Assembly: GCA_934747765.1 (NCBI GenBank)
Contig: CAKVGZ010000001.1
Coordinates: 204,442-268,441 of the forward strand
Direction: 5' to 3'
DNA length: 64,000 nucleotides
Source: an uncultured Clostridia bacterium
Lineage (GTDB): Bacteria > Bacillota > Clostridia > Christensenellales > UBA1242
Shown: in pieces, positions 36,070 through 46,674 of the stretch
How positions within the stretch are numbered: the first letter of the stretch is position 1
Layout of the letters: each line of letters starts with the position of its first letter
Program-made: the position numbers and the translations under genes
The notes under the pieces: model-generated
The model's input: only the letters and a program-made list of their open reading frames with translations
What the model was told of the DNA's origin: nothing
The model's database searches: none

Positions 36070-37464
36070 ATGACGTTTTCTGTTGTGGTTGTTGCGCTGT
36101 CTGTTTTGTTTTCATTTTGTGTTTGTTTGAAAATATTTTCTTCTATACAATTTGTGTTAAAAAAAGAAAAACTTTTTGAGCAAACAGTTTTTGTCAACAA
36201 AAAAAATGAATATATTTTGAAGAAGGCTTACGTTTTGCAACGCATTTTTTATGACAATCTTCAATCGTCATCATTTTTCTTCAAAAATCTTTACACAAAA
36301 GAATTTAACAAAGTTTGCTTTAAAACGAAATTTTTGATTGATAGAATTTATAGACGACTGCTAAAAAATGTTTGCTTGTTCAACTTTGACATTCATTTTG
36401 AAAAGTTAAAATCGTGTGGTTTGTTGGTTGATAAACCTGTTTTTTTGATTAAAGCACCCAAAATAAAAGAAGAATTTTTGCGCCAAATTTATGCTTGCGA
36501 AGTTGTTTCCAAATATGTTTCTTTCAGCCCGATTTTTGTGTTTGACAATTATGACGAAATGTTTGAATGTAAAAACAAAGTTGTTCTTTCCGAAGTGAAT
36601 CCATTGTTATTTCAAGAACTTTGCAAACTGAATTTGAATTATGACGAAAAATTCAATTGTAAATATAAAATTGGAAGTGACGTGGAATGTGATGAAAACG
36701 TCAAAGTGGAAAGACATTTTTTTGAAGAAAATTTGAGAGATGTTTCATACATGTTGTTGTCGAGTTCAAATGAACGTGTTAGCCTTTATTTGAAACAAAA
36801 CGAATTTTATTACAACGTTAAAAGTATTGAAAATGGAATTGAAATTGTCACAAATGAAGAAAGAATAAAATATTTTTCAACTGGAAAAATTCTAGATTTT
36901 TCGCCAATAAATTATTTAGGAATTAATTATTTAAAAATTAATTTAAAAATAAAAAAAGGCAAAAATTTGTTTTTATCAACAAATAATTTTGAAAATTACA
37001 AAAATTTATGCTTAAAAGAACGATTTTATTTGGAAAATTTATTTAATTTAAAAATTTATATAAAAAATAATTATTTTAATAATTTTTTCAATCATGATTT
37101 AAAAAAGAAAATATTAGTTGAAATTTATGAAAAAAATTATGTTAAACCAAAAAAGCAAATTGCAATAAACAAAAATCTTTTTTGCAATTTGTTAGGAATT
37201 GAATACAAAAAAATTGTGGAAAACTCTTTTTCATATTTAGATTTTTACAACTTTCTTGTTAACGAAGTTTTTGGAATTGAAATTAAAAACACAAAACTAA
37301 AAGTTCAACCCAAAACATTTCAAAGTTTCAAAATTTGCCTAAATGGAAAAAGTGTGGCTGTTGTTCAAAATGGAGGAGAAACAAAAGTTGATGGAATTGT
37401 GCTTTCCAACTTCAAGTTCATTGACCTTGGACTTGTTGAGAAAAATGCAGTTATAAATTTGTGA
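36070..37464 (+). CDS. Hypothetical membrane-anchored protein with an extremely AT-rich internal segment
   Basis: 464 aa. It has an N-terminal TM. The sequence is N/K/F/Y-rich, and the C-terminal beta-rich end is not assignable. Confidence 0.4.
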   Translation: MTFSVVVVALSVLFSFCVCLKIFSSIQFVLKKEKLFEQTVFVNKKNEYILKKAYVLQRIFYDNLQSSSFFFKNLYTKEFNKVCFKTKFLIDRIYRRLLKNVCLFNFDIHFEKLKSCGLLVDKPVFLIKAPKIKEEFLRQIYACEVVSKYVSFSPIFVFDNYDEMFECKNKVVLSEVNPLLFQELCKLNLNYDEKFNCKYKIGSDVECDENVKVERHFFEENLRDVSYMLLSSSNERVSLYLKQNEFYYNVKSIENGIEIVTNEERIKYFSTGKILDFSPINYLGINYLKINLKIKKGKNLFLSTNNFENYKNLCLKERFYLENLFNLKIYIKNNYFNNFFNHDLKKKILVEIYEKNYVKPKKQIAINKNLFCNLLGIEYKKIVENSFSYLDFYNFLVNEVFGIEIKNTKLKVQPKTFQSFKICLNGKSVAVVQNGGETKVDGIVLSNFKFIDLGLVEKNAVINL

Positions 37465-37493
37465 AAAACATTCAGTTGTGATATAATAAGTCT

Positions 37494-38747
37494 ATGTTTG
37501 AAGAAAAAAGAATTCCGCTTGCGGAAAAGATGAGACCAAAGACATTTGATGAATTTGTTGGGCAAGAGCACATTGCAAAAAAGGGCTCATTGTTTCGTCG
37601 TGCAATTGAAAGTGGAACGCTTGGCAGTGCTATTTTTTTTGGTCCACCTGGAACAGGCAAATCAACCCTTGCCAACATAATTGCAAATTTGGATAATGGA
37701 GTTTTCAAGAGATTGAATGCAGTTTCGAGCGGAGTTGCAGACGTAAAAAAAATTATTGACGAAGCACGAAAAGACAAAAGTTTGTTTTCAAGACAAACAT
37801 ATCTGTTGCTTGACGAATGCCACAGATGGAGCAAGGCGCAAAGTGACAGCATATTGCCAGCAGTGGAAGATGGAACAATTGTTTTTATTGGAACAACAAC
37901 CGAAAATCCCTATTATTCCATGACTCCAGCAATTGTTTCAAGATGCAAAATTTTTGAATTTAAACCTCTTGAAAAAAAAGATATAATAGAAGCATTGAAG
38001 CGCGCGATAACAAGCGAAGAAGGATTGGGAGAATACAAAATTGAAATATCTGATGAAGCGCTTGACCATTTTGCGTGGGTGAGTGGGGGTGATTTGCGTT
38101 CGGCTTTGAATGCTCTTGAACTTGCTTTTTTGACAACTGAAAAAGATGAAAACGGCATTGTCAAAATCACTCTTGAAATTGCTGAAAATTGCATTCAGAA
38201 AAAGGCGCTTTCGGTTGACGAAAATAAGTTCTATGATTTGCTAAGTGCCTTTTGCAAGAGCATTCGCGGAAGTGACCCTGACGCAGGATTGTTTTATTGT
38301 CAAAGGCTGATTAAAGCCGGATGTGACCCACTTATCATTGCAAGAAGACTCATTGCTCATTGTAGCGAAGACATAGGTATGGCCGACAGCAACGCTCTTT
38401 TGCTTGCAAATTGTGCTCACTACACACTCAAAAACCTTGGTCTGCCAGAAGGGCTTCTTGCTCTTTCGCATGCAATCATTTATGCTTGCACTGCAGAAAA
38501 ATCGAATTCGGTTTATCTTGCCATGGCAAAAGCGGGAGAGATGGCAGAAAAATATGCGGACGCACAGGTTCCTTTTCATTTGCGAAATCATCCATCAACA
38601 AATGACACAAAAAAAGTAAAATATAAATATCCTCATGATTTTGGAGGTTATGTTAAACAACAGTATTTGCCAGACGAAATAAAAAATGAAAGATTTTATT
38701 TCCCAAAGCAAAATGGTCGTGAAAAAAATATTACACTAAAAAAATAA
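37494..38747 (+). CDS. rarA: Replication-associated recombination protein A (RarA/MgsA AAA+ ATPase)
   Basis: 'PLAEKMRPKTFDEFVGQEHI', 'FFGPPGTGKSTLA', 'LLLDECHRWSKAQSD', and the C-terminal MgsA domain 'DPDAGLFYCQRLIKAGCDP'. Confidence 0.93.
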   Translation: MFEEKRIPLAEKMRPKTFDEFVGQEHIAKKGSLFRRAIESGTLGSAIFFGPPGTGKSTLANIIANLDNGVFKRLNAVSSGVADVKKIIDEARKDKSLFSRQTYLLLDECHRWSKAQSDSILPAVEDGTIVFIGTTTENPYYSMTPAIVSRCKIFEFKPLEKKDIIEALKRAITSEEGLGEYKIEISDEALDHFAWVSGGDLRSALNALELAFLTTEKDENGIVKITLEIAENCIQKKALSVDENKFYDLLSAFCKSIRGSDPDAGLFYCQRLIKAGCDPLIIARRLIAHCSEDIGMADSNALLLANCAHYTLKNLGLPEGLLALSHAIIYACTAEKSNSVYLAMAKAGEMAEKYADAQVPFHLRNHPSTNDTKKVKYKYPHDFGGYVKQQYLPDEIKNERFYFPKQNGREKNITLKK

Positions 38748-38762
38748 ACGCCATGTGGCGTT

Positions 38763-39437
38763 TTATTTTGAATAATCTCTTGGTGCGTGTTTCTTTGGTG
38801 TTAAAATTCTAAATTGAGAAATCCCTTTGGCTTCTTCTGGATATTTTTGTTCAAATTTCTTAACAACTTCATGAATTAATTTTTTGTTTTTAAAATCATT
38901 ATCGAAAGTCATAAGAGATGTGCCTCTAAAAATACTTTCGGCAAAAATTCTGGCGTCATGGTCATGATTTTTGTTATGGTTGCCATCAAAAGGGGCTTGC
39001 TTTTTGCCATTGTAAAATTTTGGTTCAAGAAGTTTTTTTGTTAACTCATCTATTAGCATCTTTTGTCGTTCAGTGAATATAACATGTTCAACACAATTGT
39101 CCAAGAAGAATTTGTTGGGTTTGTTATCTCTTAAATTGATTCTTCCGTCAAAAATTTCATCAAGAACAGTTGGAAGAATAACAATTCTAATTATTTTTTT
39201 CAAAGACAATTTTAAAACTAGCAACAAGTTTGATAGTGTTTTTTTGTGGTTTTCATCAGGATATTTGTCTGGATAAAGTTTTTCCAGTGTAACATCATCG
39301 ACAGAGCAACCGGGATTTTTTTCCAGATATTGTTGAAATTTGTAGTTGAGTCCAGTTATTCCGCAGACCACATTATTATCTATTGATATGTGCATTTGTT
39401 CTTTATTGTCTATTGGTATGTGTATTTGTTTTTTCAT
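38763..39437 (-). CDS. PIN-like domain protein (putative ribonuclease), orphan
   Basis: Four acidic motifs occur in PIN order: 'ISIDNNVV', 'TVLDEI', 'DHDARIFAES', 'LMTFDNDF'. There is no adjacent antitoxin-sized ORF. The start is ambiguous because of a 5' tandem duplication. Confidence 0.45.
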   Translation of the reverse strand: MKKQIHIPIDNKEQMHISIDNNVVCGITGLNYKFQQYLEKNPGCSVDDVTLEKLYPDKYPDENHKKTLSNLLLVLKLSLKKIIRIVILPTVLDEIFDGRINLRDNKPNKFFLDNCVEHVIFTERQKMLIDELTKKLLEPKFYNGKKQAPFDGNHNKNHDHDARIFAESIFRGTSLMTFDNDFKNKKLIHEVVKKFEQKYPEEAKGISQFRILTPKKHAPRDYSK

Positions 39438-39501
39438 GCTCTTAGTATAATACAGATTAAATCATTTGTCAATAGTCAAAAAAAACCGCGTTCATAAGCG
39501 G

Positions 39502-40227
39502 TTAGATTTTTGGAATAAAGTTTTCGAAGATGATGTTGTCACAATATTTCACAACTCTCATATATTCTTCCTGAGAACGAATTGTCCAAGCAAGAAGTGG
39601 AAGAGTGTTATATTTTCTAACAAATCTGTTTGGGAGATTCTGGGCATTATATGCAATGAAATTTGGTTGAGCAACACTGTTTAGCATAAGTTTTTTCAGA
39701 ATGAATTTTTTCAAAAACGACAATTTTTCATTTTTAAAGAATGAAGAAAGTTGACCGCGAAGAATTTCTGGGGCATTATCTTTAAACCATTTCAAAATGT
39801 ATGGATTGAATGCCATAATTGCAAATTCACCTTTATATTTTCTGAGCATTTCAAGAACTTGTGATTCCAATTTTCCTGGTTTGGAATTATTTTTGATTTC
39901 CACAATCACTGGTGTTCTTCCATTAATCAATTTCAAGGTTTCTTCAAATGTTGGAATTGTTTCTTTTGTTCCGCCAAGAAAACAACTTTTAAGGTCTTCT
40001 TTTGTGAGATATCTCACATATCCATCTTGACCTGTCATTCTCGACAAACTGCTGTCATGGAAAACAACAACTGTTCCGTCTGATATTTGTTGGACGTCCA
40101 GTTCTATCACATAACCTTTTTCAATTGCTTTTTCAAATGCAGAAAGAGAATTTTCAGCAGATTGGTTATCATGGAGCCCGCGATGAGCAACATACTTTTC
40201 AACAAGCCAAGTTTTGAAAATATCCAT
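39502..40227 (-). CDS. Glycerophosphodiester phosphodiesterase
   Basis: 'VAHRGLHD...ENSLSAFEKAIEKGYVIELDVQ...DGTVVVFHD'. Terminator AACCGCTTATGAACGCGGTT+T8 on the minus strand at ~39478-39503. Confidence 0.85.
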   Translation of the reverse strand: MDIFKTWLVEKYVAHRGLHDNQSAENSLSAFEKAIEKGYVIELDVQQISDGTVVVFHDSSLSRMTGQDGYVRYLTKEDLKSCFLGGTKETIPTFEETLKLINGRTPVIVEIKNNSKPGKLESQVLEMLRKYKGEFAIMAFNPYILKWFKDNAPEILRGQLSSFFKNEKLSFLKKFILKKLMLNSVAQPNFIAYNAQNLPNRFVRKYNTLPLLAWTIRSQEEYMRVVKYCDNIIFENFIPKI

Positions 40228-40347
40228 TTTAATCTCCTAATCTATATTATATACCCATATTATCATAAAAGATTAATAATTTAAAACATTTTTTAAAATT
40301 TTTGAAAAAAACTTGCTCTTTAATCTGTGATAATTTATAATAACTTC

Positions 40348-42153
40348 ATGAATTCAAGAATGGAAAAAATCCGCAACTTTTCAATTGTTGCACACATAGA
40401 TCATGGCAAAAGCACACTGGCAGACAGATTGCTTGAAGAAACAAACACAGTGGCAAAACGTGACATGGAAAGCCAACTTCTCGACAGCATGGATTTGGAA
40501 CGCGAAAGAGGAATCACAATCAAACTTACGCCAACGAAAATGAAATATGTTAAAGATGGCGTTGAATATACTTTGAACTTGATTGACACTCCAGGTCATG
40601 TTGACTTCACATACGAAGTTTCGCGTTCTTTGGCTGCATGCGAAGGCGCAATTTTGATTGTTGACGCAGGGCAAGGGGTGGAAGCACAAACGCTTGCAAA
40701 TTGCTATTTGGCATTGGACAACAATTTGGAGATTTTGCCTGTTATAAACAAAATTGACCTTCCAAGTGCCGATGTTCCAAGAACACGTCAAGAAATTGAA
40801 GATGTGATTGGACTTGACGCTTCAGATGCCCCTGCAATTTCGGCAAAAGAGGGAACAAACATAAAAGCAGTGTTGGACATGATTGTTGACAAAGTTCCTT
40901 CACCAAAAGGTGACGAAGACGCGCCACTTAAAGCACTTATTTTCGACAGCGTTTATGACAATTTTAAAGGAGCAATTTGCATTGTTCGAATTGTTGATGG
41001 AAGTGTTAAAGTTGGAACAAAAATTCAGATGATGGAAACAAAAAATGTTTTCGATGTCACAGAAGTTGGATTTTTCACTCCACAAATGCAACCTGCAGAA
41101 GTTTTGAAAGCAGGTGATGTTGGCTACATAACTGCAAGCATCAAAAACGTTTCCGAAACGAAAGTTGGTGACACAATAACAGATTTCAACAATCCTTCAG
41201 CCGAAGCACTCCCAGGCTACAAGGCAGTTCAGCCAGTTGTTTTCAGCGGGATATTTCTTGTGGATGGCTCTCGCTATGGCGACCTTAAAGATGCTCTTGA
41301 AAAATTGAAGCTCAACGATGCTTCGTTGTCGTTCACTCCCGAAAATTCCACAGCACTTGGATTTGGTTTCAGGTGCGGATTTCTTGGGCTTTTGCACATG
41401 GAAATCATAACTGAAAGACTTGAACGTGAATTTAATTTGGACCTTATAACAACTGCGCCAGGCGTGGCTTATGATGTCTATAAAACAAACGGCGAAAAAA
41501 TTTCTGTTTCGAATCCGTCGCTTCTTCCAAAGCCAACCGACATCGACCACATTGAAGAACCTGTTGTTAAAGTCAATGTTTTAACTCCGCCAGAATATGT
41601 TGGAGCAATTATGGAACTTTGCCAAGACAAAAGGGGTATATATCTTGACATGCAATATCTAGACAAAAACAGAGTTCGACTTGTCTACAAGCTTCCTCTA
41701 AACGAAATGATATATGATTTTTTTGACAGTTTGAAATCTCGCACTCGCGGATATGCAAGTTTGGACTATGAATTTGTTGGATTTGAAACCAGTGACCTTG
41801 TTAAGTTGGACATTATGCTCAACGGCGAAGTTTGTGACGCACTCAGTTTGATTGTTCACAAAGACAAAGCCTATGCTCGTGGTCGTGCGATTGCAGAAAA
41901 ACTTAAAAATGTTATTCCTCGTCAACTTTTCGAAATTCCAATTCAAGCATCAATTGGAAACAAAGTTATTGCAAGAGAAACAGTTAAAGCAATGCGAAAA
42001 GATGTGCTTGCAAAATGTTATGGAGGAGATATCTCAAGAAAACGAAAACTTCTTGAAAAACAAAAAGCAGGAAAGAAAAAAATGAGGCAAATTGGCTCTG
42101 TTGAACTTCCAAGTGAAGCATTTATGTCAATTTTGAAATTAGATGAAAACTAA
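40348..42153 (+). CDS. lepA: Elongation factor 4 (LepA)
   Basis: '[22 protein letters not shown]', '[10 protein letters not shown]', 'NKIDL', and the C-terminal LepA domain. The start is ATG 40348 or 40360. Confidence 0.97.
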   Translation: MNSRMEKIRNFSIVAHIDHGKSTLADRLLEETNTVAKRDMESQLLDSMDLERERGITIKLTPTKMKYVKDGVEYTLNLIDTPGHVDFTYEVSRSLAACEGAILIVDAGQGVEAQTLANCYLALDNNLEILPVINKIDLPSADVPRTRQEIEDVIGLDASDAPAISAKEGTNIKAVLDMIVDKVPSPKGDEDAPLKALIFDSVYDNFKGAICIVRIVDGSVKVGTKIQMMETKNVFDVTEVGFFTPQMQPAEVLKAGDVGYITASIKNVSETKVGDTITDFNNPSAEALPGYKAVQPVVFSGIFLVDGSRYGDLKDALEKLKLNDASLSFTPENSTALGFGFRCGFLGLLHMEIITERLEREFNLDLITTAPGVAYDVYKTNGEKISVSNPSLLPKPTDIDHIEEPVVKVNVLTPPEYVGAIMELCQDKRGIYLDMQYLDKNRVRLVYKLPLNEMIYDFFDSLKSRTRGYASLDYEFVGFETSDLVKLDIMLNGEVCDALSLIVHKDKAYARGRAIAEKLKNVIPRQLFEIPIQASIGNKVIARETVKAMRKDVLAKCYGGDISRKRKLLEKQKAGKKKMRQIGSVELPSEAFMSILKLDEN

Positions 42154-43294
42154 AGACCTTTCAATTTATGTTCACATTCCTTTTTGCAATGGCAAATGTT
42201 ATTACTGCAATTTTTGTTCGAGTGTGGAAAATGAAACAACAAAAAAAGAATATGTTGAATGTTTGATTAACGAAATAAATTCAAGCAAACTCAGAAATTA
42301 TGTTGTGAAAACAATATATTTTGGAGGGGGAACACCGTCAATATTGAATGTGGAAGAGCTTCAAAAAATTTTGAAAGCCATAAGAAAAAAATTTGTTGTG
42401 GATGAAGATGCAGAGATAACAATTGAAGGAAATCCAAATTCTCTTTCAAAAGAAAAATTGCAAAAGTTAAAAAATTTTGGATTTAATCGATTAAGCATTG
42501 GCGTTCAAACATTCAACAAAAAATCGCTTGAATTTGTTGGTCGAGTTGAAAAAGAAAACTTGAAAACCTACAAACGTAAAGTTTTGCAAGTTTTGAAACA
42601 AGCGCGTGAAGTTGGATTTGAAAATGTTTCTGGCGATTTCATTTTGGGATTGCCTTTTCAAACCTGTTTTCAAGTTGAACGTTTCATAAAATGTCTTTCG
42701 AAATACGTTGACCATTTTTCATGTTATATGCTTCAAATTGAAGAAGGAACAAAGCTTTTTGAAATTTTAAAAAATAAAAATATGGACGAGCAAATTGCAA
42801 AACAATATGAAAAAGCAGTGAAAAAACTTGAAAAACTTGGCTTTTTACGATATGAAATTTCAAATTTTGCAAAAAAGGGCTTTGAGTCAAAACATAACAG
42901 CGCATATTGGGAGCGCAAAGATTATTTGGGATTTGGGCTTTCTGCGCATTCATTAATTGAAAAGAACAGGTTCTTTAACACCTCAAATTTGAAAAAATAT
43001 CTGTCATTTTGGAAAACAAAAAACAGTTTTGAAAGCTCGATTGAAGCTGATGTTCGAAACACAGAAAAATTAAGTCACAATGATGAAAAAGAAGAAACAA
43101 TTATGCTATCTTTGAGAACAAAAAAAGGAATTTGTCTTTCGCAGTTCGAAAAAGATTTTTGTGACATTAGAAAAAACAAAAATTATAAATTTCTTTTAGA
43201 AAACAAATTCATAAAAGAAGAAAATGGATTTGTTTCGCTTTCAAGCAAGGGAGTTCTTTTGGCAAATGAAATTATTGTGAAACTTATGGACTAA
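42143..43294 (+). CDS. hemW: Radical SAM heme chaperone HemW (HemN-like)
   Basis: '[17 protein letters not shown]' (CxxxCxxC). It overlaps the lepA stop, which is the conserved lepA-hemW synteny. Confidence 0.9.
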   Translation: MKTKDLSIYVHIPFCNGKCYYCNFCSSVENETTKKEYVECLINEINSSKLRNYVVKTIYFGGGTPSILNVEELQKILKAIRKKFVVDEDAEITIEGNPNSLSKEKLQKLKNFGFNRLSIGVQTFNKKSLEFVGRVEKENLKTYKRKVLQVLKQAREVGFENVSGDFILGLPFQTCFQVERFIKCLSKYVDHFSCYMLQIEEGTKLFEILKNKNMDEQIAKQYEKAVKKLEKLGFLRYEISNFAKKGFESKHNSAYWERKDYLGFGLSAHSLIEKNRFFNTSNLKKYLSFWKTKNSFESSIEADVRNTEKLSHNDEKEETIMLSLRTKKGICLSQFEKDFCDIRKNKNYKFLLENKFIKEENGFVSLSSKGVLLANEIIVKLMD

Positions 43295-43326
43295 AAAAAA
43301 GTTGTTTAAGCAAACAACTTTTTTTA

Positions 43327-44697
43327 TTATTCAACAATTGATTTAATGTGCGCTTTAAGTTCTGAAATTGGAAGCCTGATTTGTTCCATGGTGTCACGGT
43401 CACGAACAGTCACACAATTATCGTCCAGTGTTTCATAGTCAATTGTGACACAAAGAGGAGTTCCAATTTGGTCTTGACGGCGATAACGTTTGCCAATTGA
43501 ACCTGTTTCATCATACGCTGTTCTGAAATCTTTGGCAAGGTCTGCAAAAAGTTCATGCGCTTTTTCTGCAAGGTCCTTTTTTATCAAAGGAAGAACTGCA
43601 ACTTTGAACGGGGCAAGTTTTGGGGAAATTCTCATAATTTCTCTTTCATCTCCATCTGGAAGTTTTTCGCGGTCATAACTGTTGCAAATAACTGCCAATA
43701 TTGCACGGTCAAGCCCATAAGAATTTTCGATTACATACGGAATGAATTTTTCGTTTGTGATTGGGTCAAGATAGAGCATAGACTTTCCACTATATTCTTG
43801 GTGACGGGTCAAATCATAATTTGTTCTGTTATGTATTCCATTAACTTCGTCCCAGCCAAATGGAAATTCATAATAGACATCGCATGCGGCTTTTGCATAG
43901 AATGCAAGTTTGTCATGGTCATGAAATTTCAGTTTGTTTTCTGGAATTCCAAGTGCCATGAAAAATTCTTTCGATTTTTGTTTGAATTCTTGATAATATT
44001 TTTCATCTTCACCCTCGTGGCAAAAGAATTGATATTCCATTTGTTCAAATTCAATTTGGCGGAAAGTGAAATTTCCTGGAGTGATTTCATTTCTGAACGC
44101 TTTTCCAATTTGTCCAATCCCAAAAGGAACTTTTGCACGCATTGTTCTTTGAACATTCAAGAAATTGACATATTCGCCTTGTGCTGTTTCTGGGCGAAGA
44201 TAGATGTCTTGTTGACTTTCTTTTGTGACTCCACGATGAGTTTGGAAAAGAAGATTGAATTCACGAATTGGTGTGAAATTTGATTTTTTGCAAAGAGGGC
44301 ATGGAACTTTGTTCTCGTCCAAATATTTGCTCATTTCTTCTCTTGTCATAAGGTCTGGATTTGCAGTGTGATTTGAAAAATCTGAAATCAAATTGTCTGC
44401 CCTGAAACGTGCCTTACATTCTTTGCAATCAACAAGTGGGTCCGAAAATGATGCAACATGACCGCTTGCTTCCCAAACGCGAGGATTCATTAAAATTGCG
44501 CAATCGATTCCATAAGAATTTTCTCTGCTTTGAACGAACTTTTCCCACCATATTTTTTTTATGTTGTTTTTAAGTTCAATTCCAAGTGGGCCATAGTCCC
44601 ATGAATTTGCAAGCCCGCCATAAATTTCACTTCCAGGGAAAATGAACCCTGTGTTTTTGCAATGTGCAACAATTTGCTCCATATTTTTTTCTGCCAT
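43327..44697 (-). CDS. glyQS: Glycine--tRNA ligase (class II, homodimeric GlyQS type)
   Basis: 456 aa. 'GFIFPGSEIYGGLANSWDYGPLG' and 'FRNEITPGNFTFRQIEFEQMEYQFF'. The promoter TTGACA-17-TG-a-TATAAT at 44720-44748 leaves a ~22-nt leader. Confidence 0.97.
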   Translation of the reverse strand: MAEKNMEQIVAHCKNTGFIFPGSEIYGGLANSWDYGPLGIELKNNIKKIWWEKFVQSRENSYGIDCAILMNPRVWEASGHVASFSDPLVDCKECKARFRADNLISDFSNHTANPDLMTREEMSKYLDENKVPCPLCKKSNFTPIREFNLLFQTHRGVTKESQQDIYLRPETAQGEYVNFLNVQRTMRAKVPFGIGQIGKAFRNEITPGNFTFRQIEFEQMEYQFFCHEGEDEKYYQEFKQKSKEFFMALGIPENKLKFHDHDKLAFYAKAACDVYYEFPFGWDEVNGIHNRTNYDLTRHQEYSGKSMLYLDPITNEKFIPYVIENSYGLDRAILAVICNSYDREKLPDGDEREIMRISPKLAPFKVAVLPLIKKDLAEKAHELFADLAKDFRTAYDETGSIGKRYRRQDQIGTPLCVTIDYETLDDNCVTVRDRDTMEQIRLPISELKAHIKSIVE

Positions 44698-44862
44698 AAA
44701 TTTCTCCTAAACAAGCGAAATTATATCACTCTGAATTTGTTATGTCAAAGAGAAAAGCAAGGATATATCATTTTGTTTGGAATTTTTTTGTTTTTGTGAT
44801 ATATTCTCAAAAGATTTTTAAAAGGGGGAAACAAAAAATTTATTCTTTGAATAAATAACTTT

Positions 44863-45426
44863 ATGGAAAAAATTATTATAAGCAAAACTGCAAGTGTTGG
44901 GGATAATGTTAGACTTGCGGGAAATGTTGTTGTTGAAGACAATGTTAAAATTGTTGGCGATTGTTTTATCGAAAATGCGGTCATTAAAGCTGGGGCTGTT
45001 GTTGAATCAAGTTACATAACCGACAGCACAGTTGGAGAAGGAACAACTGTTGGGCCTTTTGCGCACATCAAATTGAACAGCAAAATTGGAAGCAATTGCC
45101 GAATAGGAAATTTTGTGGAAATCAAAAATTCAAATTTTGGGAATAACTCAAAGTGTGCTCATCTCACATACATTGGTGATGCCGATGTTGGTCAGGGAGT
45201 CAATCTTGGATGCGGAGTTGTTTTTGCAAATTATGACGGAAAAGAAAAACACAGAAGTAAAGTTGGCGACGATGTGTTCATTGGGTGCAATTGCAACATA
45301 ATTGCTCCTTGCGAAATTGAAAGTGGATGTTTCATTGCCGCTGGAACAACAATAACAAAAAATCTTCCAACAAATTCATTTTGTGTTGGAAGAGTTAAGC
45401 AAGAAGTTAAGCCAAAGAGAAATTAA
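44863..45426 (+). CDS. Left-handed beta-helix acetyltransferase equivalent to the C-terminal domain of GlmU only
   Basis: 187 aa. 'GPFAHIKLNSKIGSNCRIGNFVEIKNSNFGNNSKCAHLTYIGDADVGQGVNLGCGVVFANYDGKEKHRSKVGDDVFIGCNCNIIAP' aligns by eye with the GlmU acetyltransferase domain. No N-terminal uridylyltransferase domain is present. Confidence 0.75.
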   Translation: MEKIIISKTASVGDNVRLAGNVVVEDNVKIVGDCFIENAVIKAGAVVESSYITDSTVGEGTTVGPFAHIKLNSKIGSNCRIGNFVEIKNSNFGNNSKCAHLTYIGDADVGQGVNLGCGVVFANYDGKEKHRSKVGDDVFIGCNCNIIAPCEIESGCFIAAGTTITKNLPTNSFCVGRVKQEVKPKRN

Positions 45427-45869
45427 AGATAGGTTTTTAATGTTTCTATATTATTCTCTTCAAGTTTCATAAGTTTATTTAATAAATTCATAATTTCTTC
45501 ATCGGCGCCTGCATGGTCGCTTTGGTCTTTTATGCATTGAAGAGTTCCCATAAAAGTTCCAAGAAGAAGCATTTCGGCAATGTGCGTTGTTGACTTATCG
45601 GTCAAAGTTGACATTTTTATTGAACTCCAAAGACGAATTTTTTCGAAAACGTTGTTGTCCTTTATGTTAATTCCATCCGCTTTTGCAATAACTTCGCATT
45701 CTTCTGAAATTATGTTATATTCGCCTTCTTGACGAGATATTTCGCTGGCAAGAGCGTCACATTTCACGCTTGGCATGATGTTGTCCAAAGATTGAAGGGC
45801 TGTTTGAACATTTTGATAGATTGATGTTAAAAGGAATTCGTTTTTGTTGATTTCTTTATTTTCTTCCAT
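45423..45869 (-). CDS. Hypothetical helical protein
   Basis: Start taken at MEENKEINK (GGAGAAAAAA RBS). ~148 aa. No motif recognised. Confidence 0.45.
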   Translation of the reverse strand: MEENKEINKNEFLLTSIYQNVQTALQSLDNIMPSVKCDALASEISRQEGEYNIISEECEVIAKADGINIKDNNVFEKIRLWSSIKMSTLTDKSTTHIAEMLLLGTFMGTLQCIKDQSDHAGADEEIMNLLNKLMKLEENNIETLKTYL

Positions 45870-45981
45870 TTTTTTCTCCTTGCAATTAGTATCTGCCAAC
45901 AATTGTTTTTTATGCAAACAAACATTTGCATAAAAATTTTTATTATAGAATAATTTTTTTTTGTTAGCGCAAGATATTTTC

Positions 45982-46674
45982 ATGAAAACATCAACAAAAG
46001 TTTGGTTAATGCTAACAATTGTTTCAAACGTTGCTTTGTTCTATTTTTTTAGACCAATGATTGATTCAATCAAATTTGGTGCAGAGGGATTGTATTTTGA
46101 GTTCACTTGGGAAAGTTATGTTGGAATTGCAATGTTCATTTTGGCAAACATTGCAGGCACAATTTGTTTTGTGAGGTTCATCCGAAGTCAGCCACTAAAT
46201 CGCCAAATATTCTTTTCAACAATTCCTCCAACTGTAACATTTGTTATGCTTATGCTGTTCTTCTTCACAATAACAATTCGTGAACAAACAGACATTGTGA
46301 CTGCTGTTCGCGCAGGTCTTGGAATTGCGGACAAAAATGCAAGTTATATTTGGATGATTGTTGTTGTTCTTGTTTATTCAATTTTCTTGTATTTGACCTA
46401 CACAAACCTTGCAAAACCTGTTAGAAAAATTGAAAGGGCAGTTGAAGTTTTGAGAAATGGGAAAACAAAAAAGCCAATTAAGGTTGGAAACACAAAGCAG
46501 TTCCAAGGAATTGAATATGACCTTAATCAAATCAACGAAAACTATAAACAACAAGAAAAAATTTTGAAAGAACTTATGCCCGAAAAAGAGGAAATTGCTG
46601 TTGAAGAAAACAAAGTTGTTGAAACAGTAAATCCAAAAAAAGAGCGAAAACGCTCTTTAAAGAAAACTAATTAA
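45982..46674 (+). CDS. Hypothetical membrane protein with HAMP-like juxtamembrane helix and K/E-rich tail
   Basis: Five hydrophobic spans, followed by 'AKPVRKIERAVEVLRNG'. Confidence 0.45.
   Translation: MKTSTKVWLMLTIVSNVALFYFFRPMIDSIKFGAEGLYFEFTWESYVGIAMFILANIAGTICFVRFIRSQPLNRQIFFSTIPPTVTFVMLMLFFFTITIREQTDIVTAVRAGLGIADKNASYIWMIVVVLVYSIFLYLTYTNLAKPVRKIERAVEVLRNGKTKKPIKVGNTKQFQGIEYDLNQINENYKQQEKILKELMPEKEEIAVEENKVVETVNPKKERKRSLKKTN

Noticed and set aside
43555-44283. 242-aa + strand ORF inside glyQS
   Set aside because: It is antisense to an unambiguous glycyl-tRNA synthetase gene. Its product is F/I/C-rich nonsense, typical of the shadow frame of an AT-rich gene.
44698-44862. Possible glycine T-box or riboswitch upstream of glyQS
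   Set aside because: A near-consensus promoter (TTGACA-17-TGaTATAAT) leaves only a ~22-nt leader, and no T-box, specifier or antiterminator sequences are visible.
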